Source: an uncultured Bacteroidales bacterium
GTDB lineage: Bacteria > Bacteroidota > Bacteroidia > Bacteroidales > WCHB1-69
Direction of reading: 5' to 3'
Length of the DNA: 64,000 nucleotides
Assembly (NCBI GenBank): GCA_900316305.1
Contig: ONCM01000011.1
Location: forward strand, 1,863-65,862
Positions 1 to 8,987 of this stretch are shown piece after piece. Both the position numbers and the translations under genes were made by a program. The notes under the pieces were generated by a model, which saw only the letters and a list, made by a program, of their open reading frames with translations, was not told the origin of the DNA and made no database searches. Within the stretch, counting starts at the first letter, position 1. Each line of letters opens with the position of its first letter.

Positions 1-1
1 T

Positions 2-391
2 GCAGTCAGTGCGGAGTTCACTATCGAGACCTCCGACAGCTGTTACGAATGGAATGGCGTTTCCTATTGTGGAACTGGCGACTACACGCAGACGCTTACC
101 TCGGAGAACGGCTGCGACAGCGTGGTGACAATGCATCTGACCACGAGTGTAGGCATCAACGACAACGAGGTAAGTCTGGTCTATCTTGCACCAAACCCGA
201 CCTCCAACATCTGCCGCATCATCGGATTAAGCCAAGAACCTCAGCGCGTGGAACTTTACGATATGCATGGAGCTTTCATCAAGCGATACCAAGAGACCGA
301 ACTGGATGTGACCACCTTGGTCACCGGCGTGTATATCGTGAAAGTCTTCACCGACAACAACGTCATCAACCTTAAGTTAGTCAAGCAATAG
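2..391 (+). CDS. 3' end of a secreted protein with a T9SS (Por) C-terminal sorting domain; the 5' end lies outside the window
   Basis: The frame is open from base 2. A Cys-rich module (CYEWNGVSYCGTGDYTQTLTSENGCDSVVTMHLT) is followed by a CTD-like tail (LAPNPTSNICRIIG...GVYIVKVFTDNNVINLKLVKQ) and a stop at 389-391. Confidence 0.7.
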   Translation, partial: AVSAEFTIETSDSCYEWNGVSYCGTGDYTQTLTSENGCDSVVTMHLTTSVGINDNEVSLVYLAPNPTSNICRIIGLSQEPQRVELYDMHGAFIKRYQETELDVTTLVTGVYIVKVFTDNNVINLKLVKQ

Positions 392-468
392 GCCAAGAGC
401 TAAGAGCTAAGAGCTAAGAGCCAAGATCCAAAAGCTAAAAGCCAAAAGCTAATAGCTAATAGCTAAAA
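392..468. repeat. Heptamer tandem array (AAGAGCT / AAAGCYA / AATAGCT units)
   Basis: gccaagagctaagagctaagagctaagagcc...aaagctaaaagccaaaagctaatagctaatagctaa. It contains the stop codon of the porin gene (463-465). Confidence 0.9.
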
Positions 469-1629
469 CCGTACGGATACTTTTGCTGCCCACGTATGTC
501 CGGGCTTCTGGTGATCAGCACGACATTTAAGCGTGTAGTCCAAATGCACACGGACATGTTCCTCCGGCCACCATTCGAGGTCGAAGGAGAAATAGTGGGA
601 GGTGGTAGTGGGTTCCTGTTTGTCACGGACATAGTAGTCGTAGCGGAAGAGCGGGCGCAGACGCTGCACAGCAGAACTCTTGCTCCCCCACCCCATGTAG
701 AACCAATAACCGACAAACGCGTACAGGCCTCGCGTCTTCACCAGATAGACGGAGTCAGCGGCCATCGGGTCGAAATCGGCAATACCTGTGGTGCCCTGCA
801 GATACTCGCTACGGGCGGTCCAATGTTTACCCAAGTATTCCGCGCCGCACGACCAACGGTTGCGGGGCGCGTTCCGGTCCTTGAAAAGCGGATAGTTGCC
901 TAAATAAACAGATCCTGACAAACGGAAATTCTTCACAAAAGGATAGAAATCCAAACGAGCGGAGAAGTCTTTGCTCAGGTTATCTTTCTTGATATTGATG
1001 CCACCACCGCCGAAAATGCCCGCATAATAGTTCAAGATGGGTATTCTCTCGTCGCCGAGCTTGTAGTCCACCAGCGTACCCGACAACATCGCTCCGATTT
1101 CCAGACCGTTGGCATATTCAGGAATGCCGGAAATGTCGTTGAAGCCAGCCAACGCGGCCACGGACTGAGAGAGTTCCACAAATTCCAAGTCCAAAGGTGA
1201 CAGGAAGTTATCCATCGTATAAGGCGTTTTGATCTGGCCTATCCAAAGGTGGGCATATTTGCAGAACTTCACCCGCAACCACGCATCCAACAGGCGCGGC
1301 GTAAAGGCCAAATCCGCCTGCAAACGGAAGTCAAGCATCGGGTGAAGATTGCCAGAGAAGTCGAAACGGGCACGACGCAACATCATGACACTGGTTTTCG
1401 TCACGGTGCCGTCATTTTCAGGCTGCAACGCATAGTCATATTGGGCATCCACAAAGCCGTGAATCTGGAGATAATCGCTGAGCTTCCACACCCGCTCCTT
1501 CTTCACTTTCCCAGACAGCGAATCCGACTGCGCAAAAGCGTCGGAAGGCGAAAAAAGAAGCAAGATCAGGATAAAAAACAGGCAAAAAGTCGCAAAATCA
1601 AACTGATACGGCTTTGCTATATCTCTCAT
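463..1629 (-). CDS. Phosphate-selective porin O/P family outer-membrane protein
   Basis: Signal peptide ending AFAQ. Motifs RRARFDFSG, DAWLRVKF and GQIKTPYTMDNF are typical of porin O/P. Start taken at MRDIAKPY (ATG 1629) inside the 399-aa ORF. Confidence 0.7.
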   Translation of the reverse strand: MRDIAKPYQFDFATFCLFFILILLLFSPSDAFAQSDSLSGKVKKERVWKLSDYLQIHGFVDAQYDYALQPENDGTVTKTSVMMLRRARFDFSGNLHPMLDFRLQADLAFTPRLLDAWLRVKFCKYAHLWIGQIKTPYTMDNFLSPLDLEFVELSQSVAALAGFNDISGIPEYANGLEIGAMLSGTLVDYKLGDERIPILNYYAGIFGGGGINIKKDNLSKDFSARLDFYPFVKNFRLSGSVYLGNYPLFKDRNAPRNRWSCGAEYLGKHWTARSEYLQGTTGIADFDPMAADSVYLVKTRGLYAFVGYWFYMGWGSKSSAVQRLRPLFRYDYYVRDKQEPTTTSHYFSFDLEWWPEEHVRVHLDYTLKCRADHQKPGHTWAAKVSVRF

Positions 1630-1820
1630 AACCAATATTATAAAGGAACAAAAATAAACCAAATTTGATTTTGCAAAGATAGCAAATACATCATTATTAT
1701 GTATGTTTACATATTTTAAGCTGCTACTATTCCGCGACTGGCAACATCACGGTACTCTATGCGCACACTTTTACGGAAAAAATCCTATTTTTGCCGCCTA
1801 AAACTGCAAAACAATTACGT

Positions 1821-2306
1821 ATGAGCGAACAATATCCCTTAACGATTTTCAAGGACAACCAGCCGGTGACCATTTACGATGAGCAGGAATGGAACCGTTT
1901 CGTGCAAGATTATACCCTGATTCACGCGGCGGGAGGCCTTGTTTCCAACGAAAACGACGAAATCCTGATGATTTTCCGACTCGGATGCTGGGATTTTCCA
2001 AAAGGGAAAGTCGAAGAGGGCGAAGACTGGCCCACGGCGGCCGTCCGCGAGGTGGAAGAGGAAACCGGTCTGCGGAACATTCTCCTGAAAGAAGCCTTCG
2101 TTAACACCTATCACACTTATATCCTGAAAGATACGCCTATCCTGAAAATCACCCACTGGTACTCAATGCAGGCACATTCCCAATCACTCGTCCCCCAGAC
2201 CGAAGAGGATATCGCACAGGCGGTGTGGGTGCCAGTGGCGGAGGTTTCCTCGCGGCTGAAGGAATCCTATTTGTCATTGAGGGAGCTTTGGGGGATGATG
2301 CGATGA
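1821..2306 (+). CDS. NUDIX hydrolase
   Basis: Nudix box GKVEEGEDWPTAAVREVEEETGL. ATG at 1821 (MSEQ); the track start at 1791 is a TTG. Confidence 0.8.
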   Translation: MSEQYPLTIFKDNQPVTIYDEQEWNRFVQDYTLIHAAGGLVSNENDEILMIFRLGCWDFPKGKVEEGEDWPTAAVREVEEETGLRNILLKEAFVNTYHTYILKDTPILKITHWYSMQAHSQSLVPQTEEDIAQAVWVPVAEVSSRLKESYLSLRELWGMMR

Positions 2307-2403
2307 AAGACGATGAAGGACGATGAAAAACGATGAAAAACGATGAAAAACGATGAAAAACGATGAAAAACGATGAAAAATAACGATGAAAAGCGATGAA
2401 AAG
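2301..2403. repeat. Decamer tandem array CGATGAARRA, 10 units
   Basis: Eight in-phase units from 2301 plus two more after a TAA insert. The NUDIX stop TGA (2304-2306) is in unit 1 and the hydrolase ATG (2396) is in the last unit. Confidence 0.95.
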
Positions 2404-3787
2404 AGTAGTTATATATAGCTTATTATTATTGATATCTGGGGGACTGGCGGCGCAGAATATTTCCGGTTATTGGGAAGACAAGATTGCCATTTCCAAGAAG
2501 GATTCGCTGACCATCGGCATCCAAGTGGACTACCATGCGGACACGCTCTATATTGAGCTTGACAGTCCCGACCAGTATTTCACGGGGCAGCCCGCTTCGG
2601 ACGTGCAATTCAAGGATTCCGTGCTCACCTTCAGTGTGCCCGAATTCGGACTCAGCTTTGAAGGCAAGCTATCCACGGATGGTCAACACATTACAGGCAC
2701 TTGCAAACAACACGGGCGCAAGTTTTCCTGCGAACTGGCGACAGGTGCGAAACGGAAGCAATTTCTTCGTCCGCAGATGCCCACCCCACCCTATCCATAC
2801 CGCACGGAGGAGGTCAACTACCGCGACATACAAGGCAAATTCCTCCTTATCAACGGAACGCTGACCCTACCGGAAAGAACGCCCAAAGGATTGGTGATCT
2901 TCATCAGCGGTTCTGGCTGGCAGGATCGTAACGAATCCATCTCCGGGCACAAGCCCTTCGCTGTGCTAGCTGACACCATCACAAAGGCCGGTTTTGCAAC
3001 CTACCGCTACGACGACTTCCCCGTGACCGTTTTCCGCAAATCGACCACCTACGACTTCGCCGACGGGGTGCGGTCCGTCATGGATTCCTTGCTTCAGCGC
3101 GATGACCTGCACGGACTTAACGTCTTCCTCCTCGGGCACAGCGAGGGCAGTCTGGTCGCTTCCATCGTGGCCGCCGCCGACCCAAGAGTCACAAGCACCA
3201 TCCACCTCGCCGGTGTTGCACAGCCCATCGAAGAGATCCTGCTCTACCAAAGCGAAGCCCTCAATCGCGCCTCGGGCAAGCTGACGGAAGAAGAAGTCAA
3301 GAACAGCACGGCCATCAACAAGCAATTCTATGAACTCATCAAAAAAAGCAAAAACCGAGAAGAATGCGCCGAGAAAATCGGCAAATTATGGGACAAATTG
3401 GCCGCTCAACTCTCAGAAGAAGAGCAGGTTAAATACAATATGACATCAGAAGGAAAGTTTATGATGATCCAGACCATGAGTTCCCCGTGGTATTACGAAC
3501 TCTTCCACATCGACCCAATCAAATATCTGAAGAAGATTACCACACCCGTGCTGGCCATCTCCGGCGACAAAGACTTGCAAGTGGACGCCTCCCGCACCGA
3601 AGAAAACATGCTTAAATACCTGAAAAAATGTCCTGCTTTCGATTTCGAGCACCTCACCGGACTGAATCACCTGTTACAGCCCTGCACCACCGGCAGCTTA
3701 GAGGAGTACGGCCAAATCGAAACCACAATCGACCCCGATGTGCTGGATATCGTCGTAAAATGGTTGAAAATATTTCCAACTAAATGA
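2396..3787 (+). CDS. Secreted alpha/beta-hydrolase (serine hydrolase)
   Basis: Signal peptide MKRVVIYSLLLLISGGLAAQ, nucleophile elbow GHSEG, 463 aa. Confidence 0.7.
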   Translation: MKRVVIYSLLLLISGGLAAQNISGYWEDKIAISKKDSLTIGIQVDYHADTLYIELDSPDQYFTGQPASDVQFKDSVLTFSVPEFGLSFEGKLSTDGQHITGTCKQHGRKFSCELATGAKRKQFLRPQMPTPPYPYRTEEVNYRDIQGKFLLINGTLTLPERTPKGLVIFISGSGWQDRNESISGHKPFAVLADTITKAGFATYRYDDFPVTVFRKSTTYDFADGVRSVMDSLLQRDDLHGLNVFLLGHSEGSLVASIVAAADPRVTSTIHLAGVAQPIEEILLYQSEALNRASGKLTEEEVKNSTAINKQFYELIKKSKNREECAEKIGKLWDKLAAQLSEEEQVKYNMTSEGKFMMIQTMSSPWYYELFHIDPIKYLKKITTPVLAISGDKDLQVDASRTEENMLKYLKKCPAFDFEHLTGLNHLLQPCTTGSLEEYGQIETTIDPDVLDIVVKWLKIFPTK

Positions 3788-3802
3788 AAATTCAACCATC
3801 CT

Positions 3803-3847
3803 ATTCTTCATTCTTCATTCTTCATTCTACATTCTACATTCTACATT
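3803..3847. repeat. Heptamer array ATTCTTC x3 / ATTCTAC x3-4
   Basis: Read directly; lies between the hydrolase stop and the YfcC stop. Confidence 0.9.
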
Positions 3848-3849
3848 GA

Positions 3850-5454
3850 TCAGAATCCTGCGAATGGCATAAACAGCGGCGGGAGCAACAGCAGAAATCC
3901 CAACACGATGAGCACCAGAAGGAACTTCCAAATGAATTTGAACCACGTGGCGTAAGGGATGCGGGCGACGCCGAGCACACCGATAAGCACGCCTGAAGTG
4001 GGAGTAATCATATTTGTAAATCCGTCGCCGAATTGGAAAGCGAGGACGGTGAGCTGACGCGGAATTTCCATCAAATCAGACCATTCCGCCATCATAGGGA
4101 TGGTAAGCGCAGCTTTGGCAGAACCCGACGGGATAATCAAATTCAACAGATTTTGCATCACGTACATGGTAGCCGTGCTGCCGATTCGGCCGGCATCCTG
4201 CATGCTTTGCGCCACCGCGAAGAGGATGGTGTCGATGATGTGACCCTCTTCCAAAATGATGATGATGCCGCCGGCGAGACCGACGACCAACGCGGCCACT
4301 AGGATGTCCTTACAACCCTCCAAGAAGCTGCGGACCACCTTGTCGAACTTCATCCCGAAGGCGATACCGGCGGAGATACCCATCGCGAAGAAAAGTCCTG
4401 CGATCTCCATCACATACCAGTCGTAGCCCAACACGCCCGTCACGAGGATCAAAATCGTGAAAAGCAGCAGCGTAAGGATCAGATGGTGAACGGATTTCCG
4501 TGTCGCGAAGAAGCCGATGAGGATGAACAATCCCGCCCAAATCGGGAAAAGCATCACGTGACGGCTACCCAAACCAACGGTGATGTCTGTATAGGGCATT
4601 GTAATGGCACAATACAACAAAACAGCTGATATACAGCCATATACTATCCATGCAGAGAGGCCAGATTTCACCATCTCCTGCTGAGAGCCCGTGACCGTCG
4701 TTTTTTCGCGCCAGTAATTGTCGATTTCGTATGTCAGCGACTTTTCGGGATTCTTCTTTACCCAAGCAGCATAAAACAACGTGAAAACGATAGCGATAAT
4801 CGTCAATATAATCCAACAGATGAGTCGGTAGCCGATGCCGGAGAAGGTCGGCAGTCCCGAAAGTCCCTGTGCAATACCGATGGTGAAGGGGTTGAGCATC
4901 GCGCCTGCGAAGCCCACGTGCGCGGCCACATAGCACATCAGCACGCCCGTGATGGAGTCGTAGCCCATGGAAACGGCCAACGGCACGAAGACTACGATAA
5001 AGGCGATGGTCTCCTCGCTCATTCCGAACACCGACCCGAACAAACTGAACATCAGCATAATGGCGATAATCAGCAAGTTGTTGACCCCCACCTTTCGGAA
5101 GAAGGCGTGCTCTTGCATCCGCTGGGTCTTGTCGAGGAAAAGCCAGATGCCGCGGTTGATGGCGTCGGTTTCGTTCATGATCCAGAAGGCCCCGCCAATC
5201 ATCAGAATGAAGACGATGATGCCCGAAGTGCGCTCGAAGCCCTTGAAGAAGGCGGTGAATACCTGCCAGGTCTGCGGTGCGGAATCAACACGATGATACG
5301 AATCGGCAACCACTACATTGCGATCGTGTCCATCCACCGTAACAGTCTGACGCTCAAACTGTCCGGCAGGTACAATCCACGTCAGCACCGCGCACACGGC
5401 GATGATGCTGAACACGATGGTGAAGGTATGGGGGATATTGAATTTGGTACGCAT
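3850..5454 (-). CDS. YfcC/DcuC-like anaerobic C4-dicarboxylate-type membrane transporter family protein
   Basis: 534-aa polytopic membrane protein. The N-terminus FNIPHTFTIVFSIIAVCAVLTWIVPAGQFERQ is typical of YfcC family proteins. Confidence 0.75.
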   Translation of the reverse strand: MRTKFNIPHTFTIVFSIIAVCAVLTWIVPAGQFERQTVTVDGHDRNVVVADSYHRVDSAPQTWQVFTAFFKGFERTSGIIVFILMIGGAFWIMNETDAINRGIWLFLDKTQRMQEHAFFRKVGVNNLLIIAIMLMFSLFGSVFGMSEETIAFIVVFVPLAVSMGYDSITGVLMCYVAAHVGFAGAMLNPFTIGIAQGLSGLPTFSGIGYRLICWIILTIIAIVFTLFYAAWVKKNPEKSLTYEIDNYWREKTTVTGSQQEMVKSGLSAWIVYGCISAVLLYCAITMPYTDITVGLGSRHVMLFPIWAGLFILIGFFATRKSVHHLILTLLLFTILILVTGVLGYDWYVMEIAGLFFAMGISAGIAFGMKFDKVVRSFLEGCKDILVAALVVGLAGGIIIILEEGHIIDTILFAVAQSMQDAGRIGSTATMYVMQNLLNLIIPSGSAKAALTIPMMAEWSDLMEIPRQLTVLAFQFGDGFTNMITPTSGVLIGVLGVARIPYATWFKFIWKFLLVLIVLGFLLLLPPLFMPFAGF

Positions 5455-5463
5455 TCTTTTTAA

Positions 5464-5617
5464 TGGTTATTGGTTATAGATGTTTAGAGTTTAGAGTTTA
5501 GAGTTTAATGTTTAGGAGTTTAGGAGCTTAGGAGTTTAGGAGCTTAGGAGCTTAAGTTCAAAGTTCTATGTCTAAGTTGAAAAGCCAAAAGCTAACAGCA
5601 AACAGCTAATAGCCAAC
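5464..5617. repeat. Composite heptamer arrays (GGTTATT, GTTTAGA, GGAGYTTA, AGCTAAC...)
   Basis: Fills the whole YfcC-ROK intercistronic gap. Confidence 0.9.
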
Positions 5618-5619
5618 GA

Positions 5620-6564
5620 CTATTTCAAATGCACCAACGCCGCGGCACCCAATACGGCCGCGTCATTGGATTGTAATTCAGAAAATTGGATGGAGATTCT
5701 GTCCTTGTAGATGTAGAGCAGGTTCTCCGCGAAGTAGCGGCGCAGCGGCTGGAGAAGGGCTTCGCCAGCGCGGGTGGGACCGCCCATGAGAAAGAAGGCC
5801 TCCGGAGAGCAGAACGAGGCGGCGTTGGCCATGCCGATGGCGAGCCAGTAGGCCGTGGTGTCGTAGGTTTTCCGTGCGAGCGGGTCGCCTGCGACGGCCA
5901 TCTCGCCCACGTCCTTGCAGGTGAGCTCCTCTCCCTTGAACGTGTCTGGAAACTCGCCCTTGGCGGCTTCCTCGCGGTAGGTCTGGCAGATACCGCGTGC
6001 GGAGGCGTACATCTCTAAGCAGCCCTTACGACCGCAACTGCAGAGTCTGTCGCTCAGCGGGTTGACGATGGCGTGACCGAGTTCGCCAGCCATGCAGCCA
6101 CGACCGTGGATCAGGTGGCCATCGACGAAGATGCCGCTGCCCACACCCGTACCAAGGGTGATGGTCACGAAATGCTGCATCAGTTTGGCACCGCCGTAAA
6201 TGTGCTCGCCCAAAGCGGCGGCATCCGCATCGTTAGAGAGCGTAACCGGCAGATTCAGCGTTTGTTGCAGCATATTGCAGAGAGGGATTTCCTCTTTCAT
6301 CCGCAGATTGGCCGTGTTCGCGCCAATGCAGCCCGTGTCGAAATGGGCGTTCGGGGCCCCAATGCCCACTCCCAACACGTTGGGATTGCCAAATTCGGAC
6401 CTCAACGACCGCACCGCATCCGCAATATCACGGACATAACGATCCGAGTTGTCATATTCCTGCGTTTTCAATCCTCTCCTGCCCAACACTTTCCCGTCAG
6501 GGTTCACCAAGGCGATGTCCGTGTTTGTCCCGCCGATGTCAATGCCTACAGCCAACTTATTCAT
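5620..6564 (-). CDS. ROK family sugar kinase (glucokinase-like)
   Basis: ATP-binding DIGGTN and ROK zinc motif CSCGRKGCLE. Confidence 0.8.
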   Translation of the reverse strand: MNKLAVGIDIGGTNTDIALVNPDGKVLGRRGLKTQEYDNSDRYVRDIADAVRSLRSEFGNPNVLGVGIGAPNAHFDTGCIGANTANLRMKEEIPLCNMLQQTLNLPVTLSNDADAAALGEHIYGGAKLMQHFVTITLGTGVGSGIFVDGHLIHGRGCMAGELGHAIVNPLSDRLCSCGRKGCLEMYASARGICQTYREEAAKGEFPDTFKGEELTCKDVGEMAVAGDPLARKTYDTTAYWLAIGMANAASFCSPEAFFLMGGPTRAGEALLQPLRRYFAENLLYIYKDRISIQFSELQSNDAAVLGAAALVHLK

Positions 6565-6600
6565 ACTTTACAACTTAATTTCACGAAAAAATTGAAAGTG

Positions 6601-6608
6601 CAAAAGTA
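6601..6608 (-). promoter_or_regulatory. Bacteroidetes -7 box (TACTTTTG) for the ROK kinase gene
   Basis: CAAAAGTA on the + strand, 37 nt upstream of the ATG at 6564. Confidence 0.5.
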
Positions 6609-6660
6609 ACATAAAAAGCGTTACAAAAAACCTCCCCGCTCCAACTATCGCAAAAAAATG

Positions 6661-6668
6661 TATCTTTG
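6661..6668 (+). promoter_or_regulatory. -7 box TATCTTTG for the class-V aminotransferase gene
   Basis: 29 nt upstream of the ATG at 6697. Confidence 0.5.
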
Positions 6669-6696
6669 CCGCTTCGAAAATTCTAAATCTAAAAAT

Positions 6697-7851
6697 ATGA
6701 TATATTTAGACAATTCAGCAACATCTTTTCCGAAACCGAATGAGGTTTACGAATTTATGGACCATTTCTACCGTGTTCACGGTGTGAGCCCGGGCCGTGC
6801 AGGCTACGACGCCGGCATCGAGACCGGTGAAGTCCTGACCGAAACCCGCCGTATGCTCACCAAGCTGTTCAACGGCGGCACGGATGAGAAACGTCTGACG
6901 TTCAGCTATAACGCCACCGATTCCTTGAACATTCTGATCCAAGGTTTGGCCCAGAAGGGCAGCCACGTGATCACCACGATGTTGGAGCACAACTCTGTCC
7001 TTCGTCCGCTCTATCACCTTGAGAAAGAAGGCATTATCGAGGTCACCTACCTGCCTTTCGATGAAGCTGGCTACGTTCACCCCGAACAGTTCGAAGAAGC
7101 TATCCGTCCGAACACGAAGATGGTGGTCTGCACGCAGTGCTCCAACGTCATCGGCACGGTGCAACCTATCAAGGCGATCGGTAAGGTTTGTAAGGAACAC
7201 GGTCTCACCTTCGTCGTCGATGGCAGCCAAGGCGCGGGTGCCGTCAAGATGGATATGATCGACTATAACGTTGACGCCTACGCCTTTACGGGTCACAAGT
7301 GCCTGATGGGACCCACCGGTATCGGCGGCAGCTACGTGCGCGAGGGCGTGGAAGTGCGCCACACCCGTTTCGGCGGCACCGGCGTGAAATCCGCCGTCCG
7401 CGACCATCTGGAGGAATTCCCCTACCGTCTGGAAGCCGGCACCATCAACATGCTGGGCATCAGCGGTCTGCACGCAGGTGTGAAGTGGATTACCGAGAGA
7501 GGTATCGAGAACATCCACAACCAGGAGATGGCGTTATGGAAACGTCTCCGCGACGGCATCAAGGACGTTCCCGGCGTCATCATCTACTGCGCTACCTCCG
7601 TGGAGAACCAGAACCCCGTGCTCTCCATCAACATCAAGGGCTTTGAGGCCATGGACGTGGGCACCATGCTCGACGTCGATTACGACATCGCATGCCGTAC
7701 CGGTCTGCAGTGCGCCCCTCTGGTCCACGAATGTCTCGGCACGATGAAGATCGACGGCACCGTACGTCTCAGCATCGGCGCCTTCAACACCGAGGCCGAC
7801 ATCGACGCCTGCATCCAAGCCGTCAAGGAGATCGCCGCGATGAAAAATTAG
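6697..7851 (+). CDS. Class-V aminotransferase / cysteine desulfurase family protein
   Basis: MIYLDNSATSFPKP start and PLP-lysine context FTGHKCLMGPTGIGG. ATG at 6697, 29 nt downstream of a TATCTTTG box. Confidence 0.8.
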   Translation: MIYLDNSATSFPKPNEVYEFMDHFYRVHGVSPGRAGYDAGIETGEVLTETRRMLTKLFNGGTDEKRLTFSYNATDSLNILIQGLAQKGSHVITTMLEHNSVLRPLYHLEKEGIIEVTYLPFDEAGYVHPEQFEEAIRPNTKMVVCTQCSNVIGTVQPIKAIGKVCKEHGLTFVVDGSQGAGAVKMDMIDYNVDAYAFTGHKCLMGPTGIGGSYVREGVEVRHTRFGGTGVKSAVRDHLEEFPYRLEAGTINMLGISGLHAGVKWITERGIENIHNQEMALWKRLRDGIKDVPGVIIYCATSVENQNPVLSINIKGFEAMDVGTMLDVDYDIACRTGLQCAPLVHECLGTMKIDGTVRLSIGAFNTEADIDACIQAVKEIAAMKN

Positions 7852-7907
7852 TGCTGGCTCTTGGCCTTTCGCTTTTAGCTATTGGCTAAATGGCACTCGC
7901 GAGAAAC

Positions 7908-7937
7908 TGTAGAGACGTGGTGCACCACGTCTCTACA
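7908..7937 (+). terminator. Perfect 30-nt palindrome downstream of the aminotransferase gene
   Basis: TGTAGAGACGTGGTGCACCACGTCTCTACA followed by TTGTTT. Confidence 0.55.
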
Positions 7938-7953
7938 TTGTTTAAGGAATTTT

Positions 7954-8035
7954 GCCAACAGCTAACAGCCAATAGCCAAAATCTAGGTCAACAGTCAATG
8001 GTCAACAGTCAATGGTCAATAGTCAAAAGTCAAAA
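7954..8035. repeat. Heptamer arrays (CAGCYAA, CAGTCAA/TGGTCAA) containing the EamA start codon
   Basis: gccaacagctaacagccaatagccaaaa...ggtcaacagtcaatggtcaacagtcaatggtcaatagtcaaaagtcaaa. A reverse-complement-like arm at 7853-7889 sits on the other side of the terminator palindrome. Confidence 0.9.
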
Positions 8036-8923
8036 TGGATCGGGCACCTCGCGGTGCTGACCGTCTATATCATCTTCGGGGTCAACCCGAACTGTTCAAA
8101 GGCGGTGGTGCCGGAGTATATCACCCCAGAGGCTTACACCGCGCTGCGACTGTTCGTCGGGTCGGCGGGATTCTGGATCATTTCCCTGTTCACCCCGCAC
8201 GAAAAGGTGGCCAAACGGGATATGTGGACCATCGTTTTCGGAGCCGTTTCCCTTTACGGCACGCTATGGGCCTTCGCGGAGGCCATGCGCTACATCTCCC
8301 CCACCTACGTGTCGCTGGTTTCGGCCATGTCGCCCCTCGTGGTGATGCTGATGGCCGCCATCTTCCTCAAAGAGCCCATCACCACACGCAAGGCCATGGG
8401 CGTCTTCTTCGGCATCGCCGGTGCGCTGATTATGATCCTCTTTTCCCTACACGGCGACGCACGCTACAGTAACCTCGGCGCCCTGCTTTGTCTCGTAAAC
8501 ATCTTGTTTTACGCCACTTATCTCATCATCACCCGAGCCATCTCTCCCAAATATTCGCCCGTGACCATGATGAAGTGGATGTTCCTGTTCAGCTTCGTTT
8601 TCAGTCTGCCTGCCGCCATCCCCACCGTCAAGGATTCGCCATTGCTGATGGGCACCGCGCCCGCTATGGCCTACGTCAACATGGGGATCGTCGCCCTCTT
8701 TGCCACCGTGCTGGCCTACTACCTGCTGCCCGTCGCTCTGCGGCACATCCGCCCGACCACCGTCAGCATGTACAGCAACCTGCAACCCTTCATCACCGCC
8801 ATCCTCGCCATCGCCGTCGGCCAGGACGTCTTCACCTGGAACAAACCCGTCGCCCTCGTCCTCATCATCTTCGGCGTGTTCCTCGTCACCACCAGCAGGG
8901 CGAAAGGAGACATCAATACGTAA
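8012..8923 (+). CDS. EamA/DMT family transporter
   Basis: About 10 TM helices in two EamA-like halves. The start codon lies inside a heptamer array. Confidence 0.7.
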   Translation: MVNSQKSKWIGHLAVLTVYIIFGVNPNCSKAVVPEYITPEAYTALRLFVGSAGFWIISLFTPHEKVAKRDMWTIVFGAVSLYGTLWAFAEAMRYISPTYVSLVSAMSPLVVMLMAAIFLKEPITTRKAMGVFFGIAGALIMILFSLHGDARYSNLGALLCLVNILFYATYLIITRAISPKYSPVTMMKWMFLFSFVFSLPAAIPTVKDSPLLMGTAPAMAYVNMGIVALFATVLAYYLLPVALRHIRPTTVSMYSNLQPFITAILAIAVGQDVFTWNKPVALVLIIFGVFLVTTSRAKGDINT

Positions 8924-8925
8924 AA

Positions 8926-8981
8926 CATTGACCATTGACTGTGTAACCATAAACTGTAAACCTCAATAACCAATAACCATT
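8926..8981. repeat. Composite array TTGACYA - TAAACYR - CAATAAC (short version)
   Basis: cattgaccattgactgtgtaaccataaactgtaaacctcaataaccaataaccatt, ending 6 nt before the ATG at 8988. Confidence 0.9.
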
Positions 8982-8987
8982 ACAAAA

